Assembly: GCF_001194135.2 (NCBI RefSeq)
Contig: NC_068992.1
Location: 49,409,162 to 49,473,161 of the forward strand
Direction: 5' to 3'
DNA length: 64,000 nt
Source of the DNA: Octopus bimaculoides
Taxonomy: Eukaryota
Every line of letters begins with the position of its first letter. The first letter of the stretch is position 1. A program made the translations under genes and the position numbers. The notes beneath the pieces were generated by a model. It was not told the origin of the DNA and searched no databases. It saw only the letters and a program-made list of their open reading frames with translations. Positions 50,906 to 64,000 of the stretch are shown here, piece after piece.

Positions 50906-51439
50906 AATAAATATAAGGCTATATATTTTTTAATACAAAATCTAGGCTCTCTTAGTTAAAATTCCTTTGTGGTCAACTTTGTCCCTCGTTCTTTCGGTGT
51001 CGATAAATAAAAGTACCAATCTAGGGCAATGCTTCGGCGGAACTGTTAGCAAGTCGAGTTACATGTCTTCCGATATCTCTTCTGGCTCTTTTATTCTGAC
51101 AGTAACACTAGTTTCAAGCTCTAACGGCCTAAGAACGGAAAACATAGAAAGTCGCCAACTCCTCTTCAGTTATCAGACAGAGGATCAAGCGCAATTTCGG
51201 CCATTATCGATAATATTGTTTCCACTCTGGAGGCACCAGGAAGAAACCTGCGGGGAATGGGACCAAAATATAACAAAATAATAAACAGAATAAAGGTTTA
51301 AAGCCACACGAAGACAACAATTAAAATGATAATACATATACAGCAAAAAAAGTTNNNNNNNNNNTAGAGAGAGAGAGAGAGAGAGAGAGTGGGGGAATAG
51401 ATAGATAGATAGATAGACATTTAATGATAATCTCTTGAA

Positions 51440-52643
51440 GTTCTGCAATGACGTGTATATCAGAATAATATAGAAACATGGATTAAGGGTTGTATCCTCC
51501 CTTCCAGTCCCACCCTTAAAAAGGTAGACCTTGGTGTGGAAAAAGTCCATAGAGGAATAACTCTTATAGCTATAACTGAAGAAATTTATAAATCTATGCT
51601 ACTGACCCGCATGCATTAAGAAATCGAAAAGATATTGAGTAAAATACCAAAATGACTTTCGAAAGGGACGATCAACTACCGGTCAAAATTCTTGCAAAAT
51701 TCTTGAAAGTGTGAAAACTACAAAATCTATATGCTGTGATTTTTTCCCAAAGCCTTCTATTCGATTCATAGAGATAAAATGGAAGAAATGCTACTAGCTT
51801 ATATGCGAAATGAAATAGTGAAAACCATTGCGATGATCTACAAAAACACACATTTAGTGGTAAGATTTTCAGATGGCAATAGAGATTTCTTTGAAATCGT
51901 TGCAGGAGTGCTGCTAGGTGACACTTTAGCACTGTATACCTTCATCATTTTCTTGGAATACGTTCTCGGAACTTCTGTCGGTACCATTAAAAACAATAGA
52001 TTCGCACTACATCCGCGGAGGAATAATAGATGTCATGCCACAAAAATCACGGATGCAAATTATGCAGATGATACTGTCCGATCTGATAAATAAGTAGATA
52101 CCTTTCTCCATTAATTTTGAACATTCAGCCAAAAGCATCGGTCTCCATGTTAAGTCAGACAAAATAGAATACATATGCTTTAATCATATCTGGTATACTT
52201 CCCAAATGCGTAGAATTTATTTACCTAATTTGTAAAATATCTTGCTGTGAAAGCGATGTAAACGCATGCATTGGTAAGTCCAAGGTTACCGTCGACAAGT
52301 TATCTCTAGTGTGGAAATCTAGACTTCCAGACAATATAAAAAGGAGCCACCTTCAAGCAGCTGTTCTATTGCATGGCTGCTTAGCATGGATCTTTACCTC
52401 TAAATTGGAAAGAAGGTTGGATAGAGTCTACACTCGCATGCTAACAGTGGCTTTGAATGTCACATGGAGAGATCGTCTGACCAATAAGTGATTGTATGGG
52501 AATCTTCGTCCAGTATCAAACATCATTAAAGAACGTAGAGTCAGATACGCAGATTCATTTCTGGAGAGCTAAAGACGAAATTGCCAGTGAAATTATTTTG
52601 TGAAAACCCACAAAAAGAAGGGAAAAGCTAGTAGGAGACGGCA

Positions 52644-52645
<2 letters not shown>
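51440..52645 (+). mobile_element. RTE-type LINE reverse transcriptase region to 3' end, decayed
   Basis: HRGITL...FRKGRSTT...KAF.SIHRDKMEEMLLAY...GVLLGDTLA.Y.FII...YADD...YTRML..ALNVTW...LYGNL...ERRVR, followed by (CA)n. Confidence 0.92.
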
Positions 52646-52683
<38 letters not shown>

Positions 52684-52795
52684 NNNNNNNNNNNNNNNNN
52701 NNNNNNNNNNNNNNNNNNNNNNNNNNNNNNNNNNNNNNNNNNNNNNNNNNNNNNNNNNNNNNNNNNNNNNNNNNNNNNNNNNNNNNNNNNNNNNN

Positions 52796-52834
<39 letters not shown>

Positions 52835-53369
52835 TGTATGTATACATACATATATGTATGTATGTATGTTTGTATGTAAGTTTTCAGTATGTATACATAC
52901 GTGCATTTGTAAATAAAGAAAAGAATGTAATTGTTTTTACGCTCGTGTGCGTTAGCGTTTATATATGCGTTTGTGCGCGAGTATATAAATATGTATTTGC
53001 ATCAAACGAAAAGAAAATATTTGTAATATATTTCAGAAATTAATTAAGTTTCGACGAAAAGGGATTTGCGCTTCAAATTGACGTCAAATGTTTCTTAAAA
53101 TACTCAGTTCCGTCTTGTAAATTAGGCCATCTTATTAATAGAATATTCATACATCCAAACATTGTAAGATCGGATGTGTCTGTGTGTATGTGTTTGTATA
53201 TGTCTATGTGTTTGTATATGTGTATGTGTTTGTGTGTGTGTATGTGTGTGTGCTATTTCTGTGTACATAAAACTGAAAAGGACAGTGAGAAAGAGAAAGA
53301 AAGGAGCGAAACGGCCGTCGAAGGTGGAAAGAAACGTAACTTGAGTGTGAGCTTGATAGATAGACAGAC

Positions 53370-53439
<70 letters not shown>

Positions 53440-53959
53440 GAAAGAAAGAGAAGAAGAGACAGAAGGAGGAGAAGAGAGTGAGAGAGAGGAAGGGAGTAAG
53501 TCGTGGATGGGGAGAAAAAAGAGGGTGTGAGAGTGAGAGAGACAGAGAGTGGTTAAGGATAACACTGCAGATAGGGAAAGAAATAGAAGCTAGAGAAAGA
53601 GGATACAATGGGGAATATGGTACTGTGGAAAGAGAGAAAGGGGTAAGGAAAAAAGAAAAGAAAAGAAAGGGAGTTGTACTGAAAGAAATAAAAAGATAGA
53701 AAAAGTGACAAACTGCTGTTGATAGATATGTGTATATGTGATTATAAATGCGGTGAGAGATTATGAGAAATACAGAAGAAATAGAGAAAAGAAGAGAAAT
53801 CACTGCAAAGACTAATAAGGAAAATAACTATGCTGAGCAGACGACATATTGTAATTATGTGACGTAATTGTAAGACCAGACGATATACCATGCTACACGT
53901 TACCAATAGATTTATATACTCGTAAGTACTTATGCTGTGGATGTCGTTTAGCCTGAGGT

Positions 53960-54103
53960 CATCCCAGGCTGAACAGCCGTTATTAATCCGAAGCTATTAC
54001 ATGCTAATTCAATTGGCAGGAATGTTATCTTGAAGTTTGGTGAAAAGTCTCCTCAGATCTCAAGAATCTTTCTTGGGGTTCTTGCAGAAAACAGAATGGC
54101 GCT
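53960..54103 (-). mobile_element. possible R4/Dong-clade non-LTR element extreme 3' end
   Basis: 54053-54103 reads SAILFSARTPRKILEI*, resembling the recalled R4/Dong C-terminus (..LGTA.ILRKVL). It starts inside an (AAT)n run. Confidence 0.35.
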
Positions 54104-54105
54104 CA

Positions 54106-54686
54106 TTATTATTGTTATTATTATTATTGAGTGAGAGAGCAGTGCATGCCATCAAAGTGAAATTGGGGCAAAATATACGAAGCCCAGTATACTCATTATG
54201 ACTATCCGTATAATAAGGGTACACTAGGCACATGCATCACAACCATATGTGCACGACATAGTGATCTCAGATCAAGATAAACAACGCATGACCTTGCAGA
54301 TGGGGCCCAGATGGAATTTTCTTCAGATCGAGTAGCCTATCCCGTTCAAAGGAACCCTGAATAAGGGTTGTTTAAGGATGATGAACAAAACACCCATGTT
54401 TCCAAAGTTGAATTATTCAAACCCCAAAGAACTTCTCTCAACACATGGCTATGATGCTCCCCCACTACTTCTGCTCGTGATCAGAGATGCACATATCGTC
54501 AGCCACCAAAGGACATGCTCGACTGGTTAAGGTCAAACAACTGACAAGCAAACCTGTGGTATTGAGCAGAATATTTGCTGTAGCCCATCTTTTATACCAA
54601 GACAAAAGAATGTACATGATAACACTTCTAATCAGTTAAGATCAGAAGCCATGAGAGTCACTGCCTGGTGCTGCATCAGGGCATTT
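54106..54686 (-). mobile_element. non-coding interspersed repeat of about 560 bp ending in (AAT)n
   Basis: Complex sequence sharply bounded by (ATT)n and (ATC)n. Resembles a recalled common octopus repeat; single copy here. Confidence 0.5.
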
Positions 54687-55627
54687 ATCATCATCATCAT
54701 CATCATCATCAACCAAAGTTTGAGGAATATATCAATAGTTTCCTGTTTTAAAACAAGAACTGGATACTATTTGGAAATTTGCCTTAAAATGTTCATTGTT
54801 AACAAATGCTATGAAAGAATATCTAACAATATTCATATCTCGTAGTATTGCCATGTATTGAAACGTACCTGAGGCCGCTCTTATGAGTAATCTGTCCGTG
54901 CCTTTAGAGAAATTTTTGTGTATCATTCCAAAATAATCAATTACAATCGATTTCCCTAATGTTTTTAATCTAAAAATCGAAATTGCTAAAATAGCTTTCG
55001 TCTATTAACCTACACGGCATCCAATCATATATTTCTGTGGCTTAAATACAAGAAATAGATCAGTCAGACAATCGAATGATCGCTCAGTCAATCAGTTAAC
55101 TCAGTTAATCAATAAGGTATATTTTCATATGTCCCAGATTTTAGTTTCAGAAATATCTCTAGGATAGGTAGGAAGGACACTTCATGGAAATAGTCCTACA
55201 GTTTGGTGGGGAAATCTTGGTGAGTGATGATTTTGTGAATAAGAACTACGCAGGATTTCCTTAAGATAAATATAGACTGCAGTGGAGTGGCTTCCTTTTA
55301 CCAAGTTTTCAGGTCTCTTAGTAGAATTTGATCTTGAGATACGAGAACCATTTGCCGTCACAACAGGAAGAATGTTCTTTATATAAACAAGACTTTCTTT
55401 ATCATCGTCATTGCAAGTAATAGATTTTTTTAAAGAGGAAAATAAAATAATAAACTGGGGTTAATGTGGTAGCTTACTTACACACACACACACGCACGCA
55501 CACACACACACACACACTCTCATACACACACGCACACACACATAATCATATATGATATATGTGTGTATACATACATGCATATATCAATATCTGTTTATCT
55601 ACCTTTATATGTGTGTACATGCATATA

Positions 55628-55673
<46 letters not shown>

Positions 55674-56365
55674 TGTGTGTGTGTATCTTTTAAATTTGTT
55701 TACGGAAATGTTTTCAATATGCAAATAAAGCTCCTCTTTCAATATGTCGGCTACAATCTAATGATGCTGACTGGTGAACCAGTTTTTTGGGAGTTGCATT
55801 GAACTGTACCGACATAATGTAGGATAAATATAGTAATAATAAGAATAATCATTGGATGGAATTTTTAAATATTTAATGCATCGCTACGCGTGTTTCCATA
55901 AATCACAAGTCTCTTAAGATCATAGTCCGTATTCCTAGGATGATTACCGTATAATCCGTAGTATATGTGAGAATCAGGTTGATCATCTTCATGGATTCAT
56001 TTCTTCAGGTGATATGACATAAATTGTTGTTTAACAGATGGACATTTATCCCCTTTGACCAGTGCCAACATTCGCATACTTTCGTCGGGTGTAGGCTTCC
56101 ACTAATAGATTGTGTTTGCAAATTGCATATTAGGCTGTCTCTTTCTTTGTACGAAAATTATAACTTTTCCAGATTGTCGCTTTAACATTTATTAGCATAA
56201 CTAAGATCACCGATAATTACTGGTATATAATGTAAATTCGTAATCAAAGTAGAGGAGTTGTAGGTTATGAAGCGATTGTCCATAACCGTTGTAAGAAATA
56301 TTTCTCTACCTACTTTAGGAATGTATGAAATATAACATGAATTTAGTAACAATTGATACGCTTAC

Positions 56366-56400
56366 CTCATCTCTTTGTGGTGCGACAAAGCCCCTGTCTA
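56366..56400 (-). CDS. candidate 35-nt exon (xDRGFVAPQRDE)
   Basis: CAG acceptor and consensus GAG|GTAAGC donor. No other support. Confidence 0.15.
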
Positions 56401-58489
56401 CTGCGTTACCAAAATATATTGTTTACGGAACTAACAGACCGATCCCTCATTCTCCTGAGACTGCACTGTAGATGCGTTAGTTTTAAATGTGAGAGAGGAG
56501 CTAACGAATGTTTTGCTATTTAGTTTCGTAGGGACGGGCTGGTTCTAGGAGGAATTTCTATCTTGCTGTGAATTTTGAGGAAACTTGTCTAGTGAGGTGC
56601 TATGAAAAGGAATGTGTGTGTATGTGTGTGTGTGTGTGTGTGTGCGTGCGTGCATATGTAGTTATGTGTATATTATTGTTTGCAGTTGAATGTTATTAGG
56701 GCGTTGAAAGTATTGAGCTATGTGGCGTGAGAGAGGAACAGGAAAGATGCAAAGGAAAAGAATATGTTTGTGTGCACATTATACATATTTATATATATAT
56801 ATANNNNNNNNNNNNNNNNNNNNNNNNNNNNNNNNNNNNNNNNNNNNNNNNNNNNNNNNNNNNNNNNNNNNNNNNNNNNNNNNNNNNNNNNNNNNNNNNN
56901 NNNNNNNNNNNNNNNNNNNNNNNNNNNNNNNNNNNNNNNNNNNNNNNNNNNNNNNNNNNNNNNNNNNNNNNNNNNNNNNNNNNNNNNNNNNNNNNNNNNN
57001 NNNNNNNNNNNNNNNNNNNNNNNNNNNNNNNNNNNNNNNNNNNNNNNNNNNNNNNNNNNNNNNNNNNNNNNNNNNNNNNNNNNNNNNNNNNNNNNNNNNN
57101 NNNNNNNNNNNNNNNNNNNNNNNNNNNNNNNNNNNNNNNNNNNNNNNNNNNNNNNNNNNNNNNNNNNNNNNNNNNNNNNNNNNNNNNNNNNNNNNNNNNN
57201 NNNNNNNNNNNNNNNNNNNNNNNNNNNNNNNNNNNNNNNNNNNNNNNNNNNNNNNNNNNNNNNNNNNNNNNNNNNNNNNNNNNNNNNNNNNNNNNNNNNN
57301 NNNNNNNNNNNNNNNNNNNNNNNNNNNNNNNNNNNNNNNNNNNNNNNNNNNNNNNNNNNNNNNNNNNNNNNNNNNNNNNNNNNNNNNNNNNNNNNNNNNN
57401 NNNNNNNNNNNNNNNNNNNNNNNNNNNNNNNNNNNNNNNNNNNNNNNNNNNNNNNNNNNNNNNNNNNNNNNNNNNNNNNNNNNNNNNNNNNNNNNNNNNN
57501 NNNNNNNNNNNNNNNNNNNNNNNNNNNNNNNNNNNNNNNNNNNNNNNNNNNNNNNNNNNNNNNNNNNNNNNNNNNNNNNNNNNNNNNNNNNNNNNNNNNN
57601 NNNNNNNNNNNNNNNNNNNNNNNNNNNNNNNNNNNNNNNNNNNNNNNNNNNNNNNNNNNNNNNNNNNNNNNNNNNNNNNNNNNNNNNNNNNNNNNNNNNN
57701 NNNNNNNNNNNNNNNNNNNNNNNNNNNNNNNNNNNNNNNNNNNNNNNNNNNNNNNNNNTATATGAGTGTGTGTGTGTCCGCACGCGCGCTCCAGTATGTA
57801 AATAGTCGTCTGTTGCAGTTTTCTACGTACCTTTCTCTATAACTCTAACACTACATGAAGTTATTACATACAGCTTGTAAGAATTGAGTCGGCATCTTAG
57901 CATAAACACATGCGCAGAATTCTTTGTTCTTTATGTCATAGTAAACCTGCCAACGCATACACACAAACAACATATTCAAATATATATCCATACACACATT
58001 TGCAAATATATATATATATATATATACATGAATACAAAATATTATTATTTTCTCTCACACACACATACGTCTAAATACAAAATATTATTATTTATTTCCT
58101 GTCAAACCAAACTCTTGCAATCTTCTTCTAGTACTTATGAAAGGTGAATGACTGAGAGAAAAATCAGCTGGGTTAAAAGTACTTCAAATTGTGTTGCTAC
58201 AGTCTGGTAGTAAATAAGGCACTTTTCTTTATGTACTAGAGTAACCCAGGGTTATATGTGGGTGCCTAGAATCAAAATATGTGGGTGTTTCGTGGGAGTG
58301 GAGTGTCTTTCCAAATTGTTGTTCTATATTTGTCATTGCTACATAATGCTAATTATTAATTAATGCGTCTATTGTTGCTGCTGAATGGCCTAATGGTTTC
58401 GATTCCGCTGCATGACATCTTTGTAAAGTATCCTTTTCTGTAGCATCGGGTCCACCCATACCTTTTATACAAAAAGTAAAGGTTTAACC

Positions 58490-58625
58490 ACGTCTCAGTG
58501 TATCTCGCTGATTCCGGTCGAGAATTACAATAAGAGTACACATGTCTGTGGAGTACTCAGCCACTTACATGCTAATTCTATGAGCTTAGTAGTTTCGTTG
58601 ATCGAACGACTGAATACCCGTGGAT
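58490..58625 (+). mobile_element. diverged family C SINE 3' fragment
   Basis: GTACACATGTCTGTGGAGTACTCAGCCACTT matches the family C core. Confidence 0.75.
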
Positions 58626-58724
58626 GGAAATTCTGACCGAGATTCGTTTAGCCCTTTTGTTCTATGTAAATCCACGCTCCCCAGTTTCTTGTTTTGTTGT
58701 TTTATTCATATTTTACATCTATAA

Positions 58725-58975
58725 GTGGAGGCGCGTGGCTTAGTGGTTAGGGTGTCGGCATCATGATCGCGAGATTGTGGTTTCGATTTCTGGACCGCAC
58801 AACGCATTGTGTTCTTGAGCAAAACACTTCATTTCACGTTGCTCCAGTCCACTCAGCTGGCAAAAATGAGTAACGCTACGATGGACTGGCGTCCCGTCCA
58901 GCTGGGGAACACATACGCTATTGAAACCGGGAAACCGGGCCCATGAACCTGGCTAGGCTTTAAAAGGGCGCAATT
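58725..58975 (+). mobile_element. full-length family D SINE, followed directly by a family B SINE (59001-59205)
   Basis: A box TGGCTTAGTGG and B-box-like GGTTTCGATTTC. Possible TSD ACAT(C/T)TATAA. Confidence 0.9.
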
Positions 58976-59758
58976 ATTTTTTATTATTTCACATTTATAA
59001 GGCAGCGAGCTAGTTAGTCCGACGGGCAAAATGCTTCGCGGCATTTCGTCCGTCTTCACGTTCTAAGTTCAAATTCCGCTGAGGTCAACTTTGCTTTTCA
59101 TCCTGTCAGGATCGATAGAATGAGTACCAGCTGACCATTGGGGATCGATGTAATCAACTTACTCCCTCTCCCGATATTACGTACCAAAATTTGAAACCAG
59201 TATTTCACTTCTAAACTGTTTCCAATATTTTTGGGAGTTTGGGGCCAGAATGTTGGGAAAATACCTTGCGATACTTCTTCCGGTGCTTTACATTGTGAGG
59301 TTTGTGAGGTTCTGTGATTGGTTCTGGCTGAAGGTTCTACTGTAATAGGAGAAATTCGTCAGAGATGTGTTCACATATTTCGCATATTATGTAATTCTTT
59401 TCTTGTTATTTCATTTCCCTCATCGCCTCTTCCTGTCGCTTCTCTCATCTTCTTTTTATGCAAACACCGCCACAAATTATGAGCTATCTTTGTACTATGC
59501 AACTGGGGCAAGAGAAATCATCATAACCATCATCGTCGTCGTCGTCGTCATCATATTATCATTATTATTATTATTATCATTATTATTATTATTATTATTG
59601 TATTTTTATTTTTACCGCCATTACCTGTTGCAGCATTCTCAGAGTTAACATTTCATTGTCGTCTTCATTCTTTGGTTCTTACTTGCTGTTACTACATCGT
59701 ATTAGTAATGGTACTAAAATAGGATCGGCTGGCAAGTGCATGCGTTTGTGTGTGTGTG

Positions 59759-59816
<58 letters not shown>

Positions 59817-60722
59817 NNNNNNNNNNNNNNNNNNNNNNNNNNNNNNNNNNNNNNNNNNNNNNNNNNNNNNNNNNNNNNNNNNNNNNNNNNNNNNNNNNNN
59901 NNNNNNNNNNNNNNNNNNNNNNNNNNNNNNNNNNNNNNNNNNNNNNNNNNNNNNNNNNNNNNNNNNNNNNNNNNNNNNNNNNNNNNNNNNNNNNNNNNNN
60001 NNNNNNNNNNNNNNNNNNNNNNNNNNNNNNNNNNNNNNNNNNNNNNNNNNNNNNNNNNNNNNNNNNNNNNNNNNNNNNNNNNNNNNNNNNNNNNNNNNNN
60101 NNNNNNNNNNNNNNNNNNNNNNNNNNNNNNNNNNNNNNNNNNNNNNNNNNNNNNNNNNNNNNNNNNNNNNNNNNNNNNNNNNNNNNNNNNNNNNNNNNNN
60201 NNNNNNNNNNNNNNNNNNNNNNNNNNNNNNNNNNNNNNNNNNNNNNNNNNNNNNNNNNNNNNNNNNNNNNNNNNNNNNNNNNNNNNNNNNNNNNNNNNNN
60301 NNNNNNNNNNNNNNNNNNNNNNNNNNNNNNNNNNNNNNNNNNNNNNNNNNNNNNNNNNNNNNNNNNNNNNNNNNNNNNNNNNNNNNNNNNNNNNNNNNNN
60401 NNNNNNNNNTAAGTTTTATTATTACTTTCTGCTCTCAATGTTTGCGTTTTCGAAAATAAGAAACAAATAAATGAGAGAATGAATGAAATAACGAGACAAT
60501 GATAGGATGAGATGAATTAAAAGCGAACGATGAAAGGTTGAGAGAGAGAGAGAGTGGGGGAGGGGATGGAGGGTGGGAGGGAGACAGAGAGAGGGGGAAG
60601 AGAGAGAGAAATGATATCACACATCGTTATGAGCCCTCTATCTGAGAATCCTTCCGCTTACTTGAGGATATGATGTAATTGTTTGGAATCTAGAAGGTGT
60701 GAAAGAGAAAGAGAGAGAGAAG

Positions 60723-60756
<34 letters not shown>

Positions 60757-61019
60757 GTGAGACAGAGAGAGAAAGAGAGAGAGGAAAAGAGAGAGGGACA
60801 GAGACAGAGAGAGACAGAATGAGAGAAAAAGTGAAACAGGCAGAGAGAAATTGAGATAGATAGATTGAGAGAGAGAGAGAGAGAGGAGGAGTGGGTACTT
60901 GCAATGCATTGGGAGAAATAGTTGAACACCAAATACAATATCTGGCAATGCTTTGTTATTGCTGGTGTTTCTAAGTTCAAATACTTGTTCTGTTATGCAA
61001 CTTATGCAGCCTCATTTAG

Positions 61020-61079
61020 TTCTCTTCAAGTACTACAAAGCCTCCGAGACGAGTGGGCGGGAAGGAAGAAAGGAAGAAG
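61020..61079 (+). CDS. candidate 60-nt symmetric exon (open in all 3 phases; e.g. SLQVLQSLRDEWAGRKKGR)
   Basis: CTCATTTAG acceptor and perfect AAG|GTAAGT donor. Confidence 0.22.
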
Positions 61080-62984
61080 GTAAGTATTTGCAAACCAAAC
61101 AGCGAGCCTAAATACTTGCAACAAAGACACCCAAGAAGCTTAAACGCTGCAAAAGATACCCAAGGGGTGCCAAGAGGTGGTGTGAAACCGGACTACGGAT
61201 TAACCCTGCCACCCATGTACCCCATGACGGAATTTGAACTCGGAATGCAAAGAGCCGGGACAAATACCATAGGTATTTCATCAATTCCTTCAATTCCTTG
61301 TCCTGGAAAAAATGAAAGCAACGTTTGTCTTGGTTAGATTTGAACTTTGAGCGCTGAATTTCAAAACTAATACCCTGAAACATTTTATCCAATGCCCAAA
61401 GTACTAAGCTACAAATTTTCCTTGAGTGGACAGGAAATGAATAATCAATTTCTGATGACGCTTTAATAAACAATGAAACTAATCAAATGGGTATCTTTTC
61501 TCTGCTCGCTGACAGTAAAACATATAGTTTAACTACGATGTCTACCTTTTAAAACAAGCTCACTATCCTTAAATTTTGACCGAGTTTTTGAGATAAAGAA
61601 TTATCATTTATCGTTCACAGGAATGTTCAGACTCGTCTTCTCATCATTGTTATTAGTTACACCGTTTACATTGTTCTACCATTAGAGCTACTTCTGGCGC
61701 CTTTGTATTGGTAACGTTCTTGAAATTTCAAACTGAGTCCTTTATTATCAGTTAGCCTTGTCTGTTTTCCTTATCTCAGGCCCGTACTTTTTTTCATTCT
61801 TTTCTTTTTGTCCGTCTCTGATTTTATACATCGGTTATCTTACTTAACCTTATATCTTTGGTTCGAAATACTCATCTCGATAATACGATATATCTACTGT
61901 ACTTGTAACACCATAAGTAGTTTTATACTTCCTCTTTTACTATCTACAGCAATCTGGCGCCATTATTTACACCTATATTTCCATTCTTACATATTTCATA
62001 TTTTATACAGTTTCTACATAGCTTAGCAGTTCATAATTTTATCTCTGTGTTATATTGTCCTATTTTGGAAACTTTTGTTAGTTTTATTTTCCTTTTTATC
62101 AGAACCTCTACGTAAACATATATACACACCTACATATAGATTCACATACAATTACACTGACGCTCCGAACTTCTGTAAATGATAAAATGTCATATATACG
62201 TGTTTGTCCGTCTTATATATATATATATATATATNNNNNNNNNNNNNNNNNNNNNNNNNNNNNNNNNNNNNNNNNNNNNNNNNNNNNNNNNNNNNNNNNN
62301 NNNNNNNNNNNNNNNNNNNNNNNNNNNNNNNNNNNNNNNNNNNNNNNNNNNNNNNNNNNNNNNNNNNNNNNNNNNNNNNNNNNNNNNNNNNNNNNNNNNN
62401 NNNNNNNNNNNNNNNNNNNNNNNNNNNNNNNNNNNNNNNNNNNNNNNNNNNNNNNNNNNNNNNNNNNNNNNNNNNNNNNNNNNNNNNNNNNNNNNNNNNN
62501 NNNNNNNNNNNNNNNNNNNNNNNNNNNNNNNNNNNNNNNNNNNNNNNNNNNNNNNNNNNNNNNNNNNNNNNNNNNNNNNNNNNNNNNNNNNNNNNNNNNN
62601 NNNNNNNNNNNNNNNNNNNNNNNNNNNNNNNNNNNNNNNNNNNNNNNNNNNNNNNNNNNNNNNNNNNNNNNNNNNNNNNNNNNNNNNNNNNNNNNNNNNN
62701 NNNNNNNNNNNNNNNNNNNNNNNNNNNNNNNNNNNNNNNNNNNNNNNNNNNNNNNNNNNNNNNNNNNNNNNNNNNNNNNNNNNNNNNNNNNNNNNNNNNN
62801 NNNNNNNNNNNNNNNNNNNNNNNNNNNNNNNNNNNNNNNNNNNNNNNNNNNNNNNNNNNNNNNNNNNNNNNNNNNNNNNNNNNNNNNNNNNNNNNNNNNN
62901 NNNNNNNNNNNNNNNNNNNNNNNNNNNNNNNNNNNNNNNNNNNNNNNNNNNNNNNNNNNNNNNNNNNNNNNNNNNNNNNNNNNN

Positions 62985-63015
<31 letters not shown>

Positions 63016-63124
63016 TTACGTATATATCATATGAATATATGTATATGTATACACACAGACATATATATATAAATGTACACTATATATATATACATATATA
63101 TTTATACATCTACATATACACATA

Positions 63125-63300
63125 CAGGGGTTGGACAAAATAATGGAAACACCTTAAAATTTCACTGTTTCCTGTATATAAGAGGCAACTGATTTCGTCT
63201 TGGCAAGTGACTAACTAATAAGCATCATTGACAAGACCCAGGTAAATCGAAAAGCGGCTGGCATGCTCATGAATCACTGCTGGGACGATGTCCGTTTCAC
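63125..63300 (-). mobile_element. Tc1-like terminal inverted repeat plus transposase C-terminal trace
   Basis: TA|CAGGGGTTGGACAAAATAATGGAAACACC is a typical Tc1-family TIR start. A weak ..MSMP.. trace lies on the minus strand. Confidence 0.7.
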
Positions 63301-63961
63301 TCCGATTTACATAGTATTTTTAATACAACATGCCTCTGAAAATATTTTCCCTTAGACAAAATCACAGCTTCATACTTTTCAATCGTGTATATAGCATTAA
63401 GTCTGGTTCATGGACAGTGATTTCATCTATCATAATTTTGCAGAAGGAAGGAAGGTTGTTCATAATTTCTCATGATTATTCGATAGAGTTCGTTAGTGTA
63501 CGTGATTGTTCGGAATTCTCGAGATGTGACTGACAAGAATAGAAATTGTTTCATTAACTAAATATTCTATCACTGCGTAATGAGAGATTGTTTTCCACGT
63601 CTGTGAAGAATTACATTACCAATCTGATGACTTCATTCATAAAAATCTCTTGCCTTCCTCTATACCATCAACTCTGTTTTTCCCTCTTTCTCACTCAGTC
63701 TCTTTCTCTCTCTCTTTCTCTCTGTCTATCTATGTCTCTCTCCTTCTTTCTCTCCCTCTCTTTCCACACACACATACACACACTCACACGTACACATATA
63801 TCTTACGGGTTACAACATTTAAGATATTGTTCTAAATATAAAAAAAAATGTATTGTACTTTCTAAATATAAATATATGATCCATAACCACATACATACAT
63901 ACTCACATACGTACATGTATACATACATATATGTCTCTGTGCGTTTCTGTGTATGTGTGTG

Positions 63962-64000
<39 letters not shown>

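Noticed and set aside
13875-59205. Recurrent 20-35 bp motifs resembling CRISPR repeats
   Set aside because: They are dispersed SINE internal motifs in both orientations, with no regular spacer array and no cas genes.
61449-61487. CTGATGA...GAAAC, a second hammerhead-like core
   Set aside because: Stem II cannot form and stem I is only 3 A-U pairs.

Overview
Eukaryotic, AT-rich, repeat-dense draft-assembly window with 16 N-gaps (about 8.2 kb in total), almost all bounded by microsatellites. The repeat complement looks like an octopus/cephalopod genome; this is recalled resemblance, not a search result. No intact long coding region, CRISPR array or rRNA was found, and most ORFs in the supplied track are microsatellite or gap artefacts. 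Well supported content: four tRNA-headed SINE families (labelled A-D here, several copies with clean TSDs); decayed mariner, maT and Tc1 transposase remnants; three RTE-type LINE remnants; one Tx1/L1 RT fragment; one Gypsy RNase H fragment; and Helitron-like 3' ends. Most interesting: (1) two copies of a repeat carrying a minimal type-I hammerhead-ribozyme fold with an atypical U at core position 6; (2) a decayed 253-codon frame of unknown origin that appears only after excising a SINE at its TSD; (3) an RTE LINE whose ORF ends in three C2H2 fingers. Several phase-compatible short exon candidates hint at a host gene but cannot be confirmed from sequence alone.
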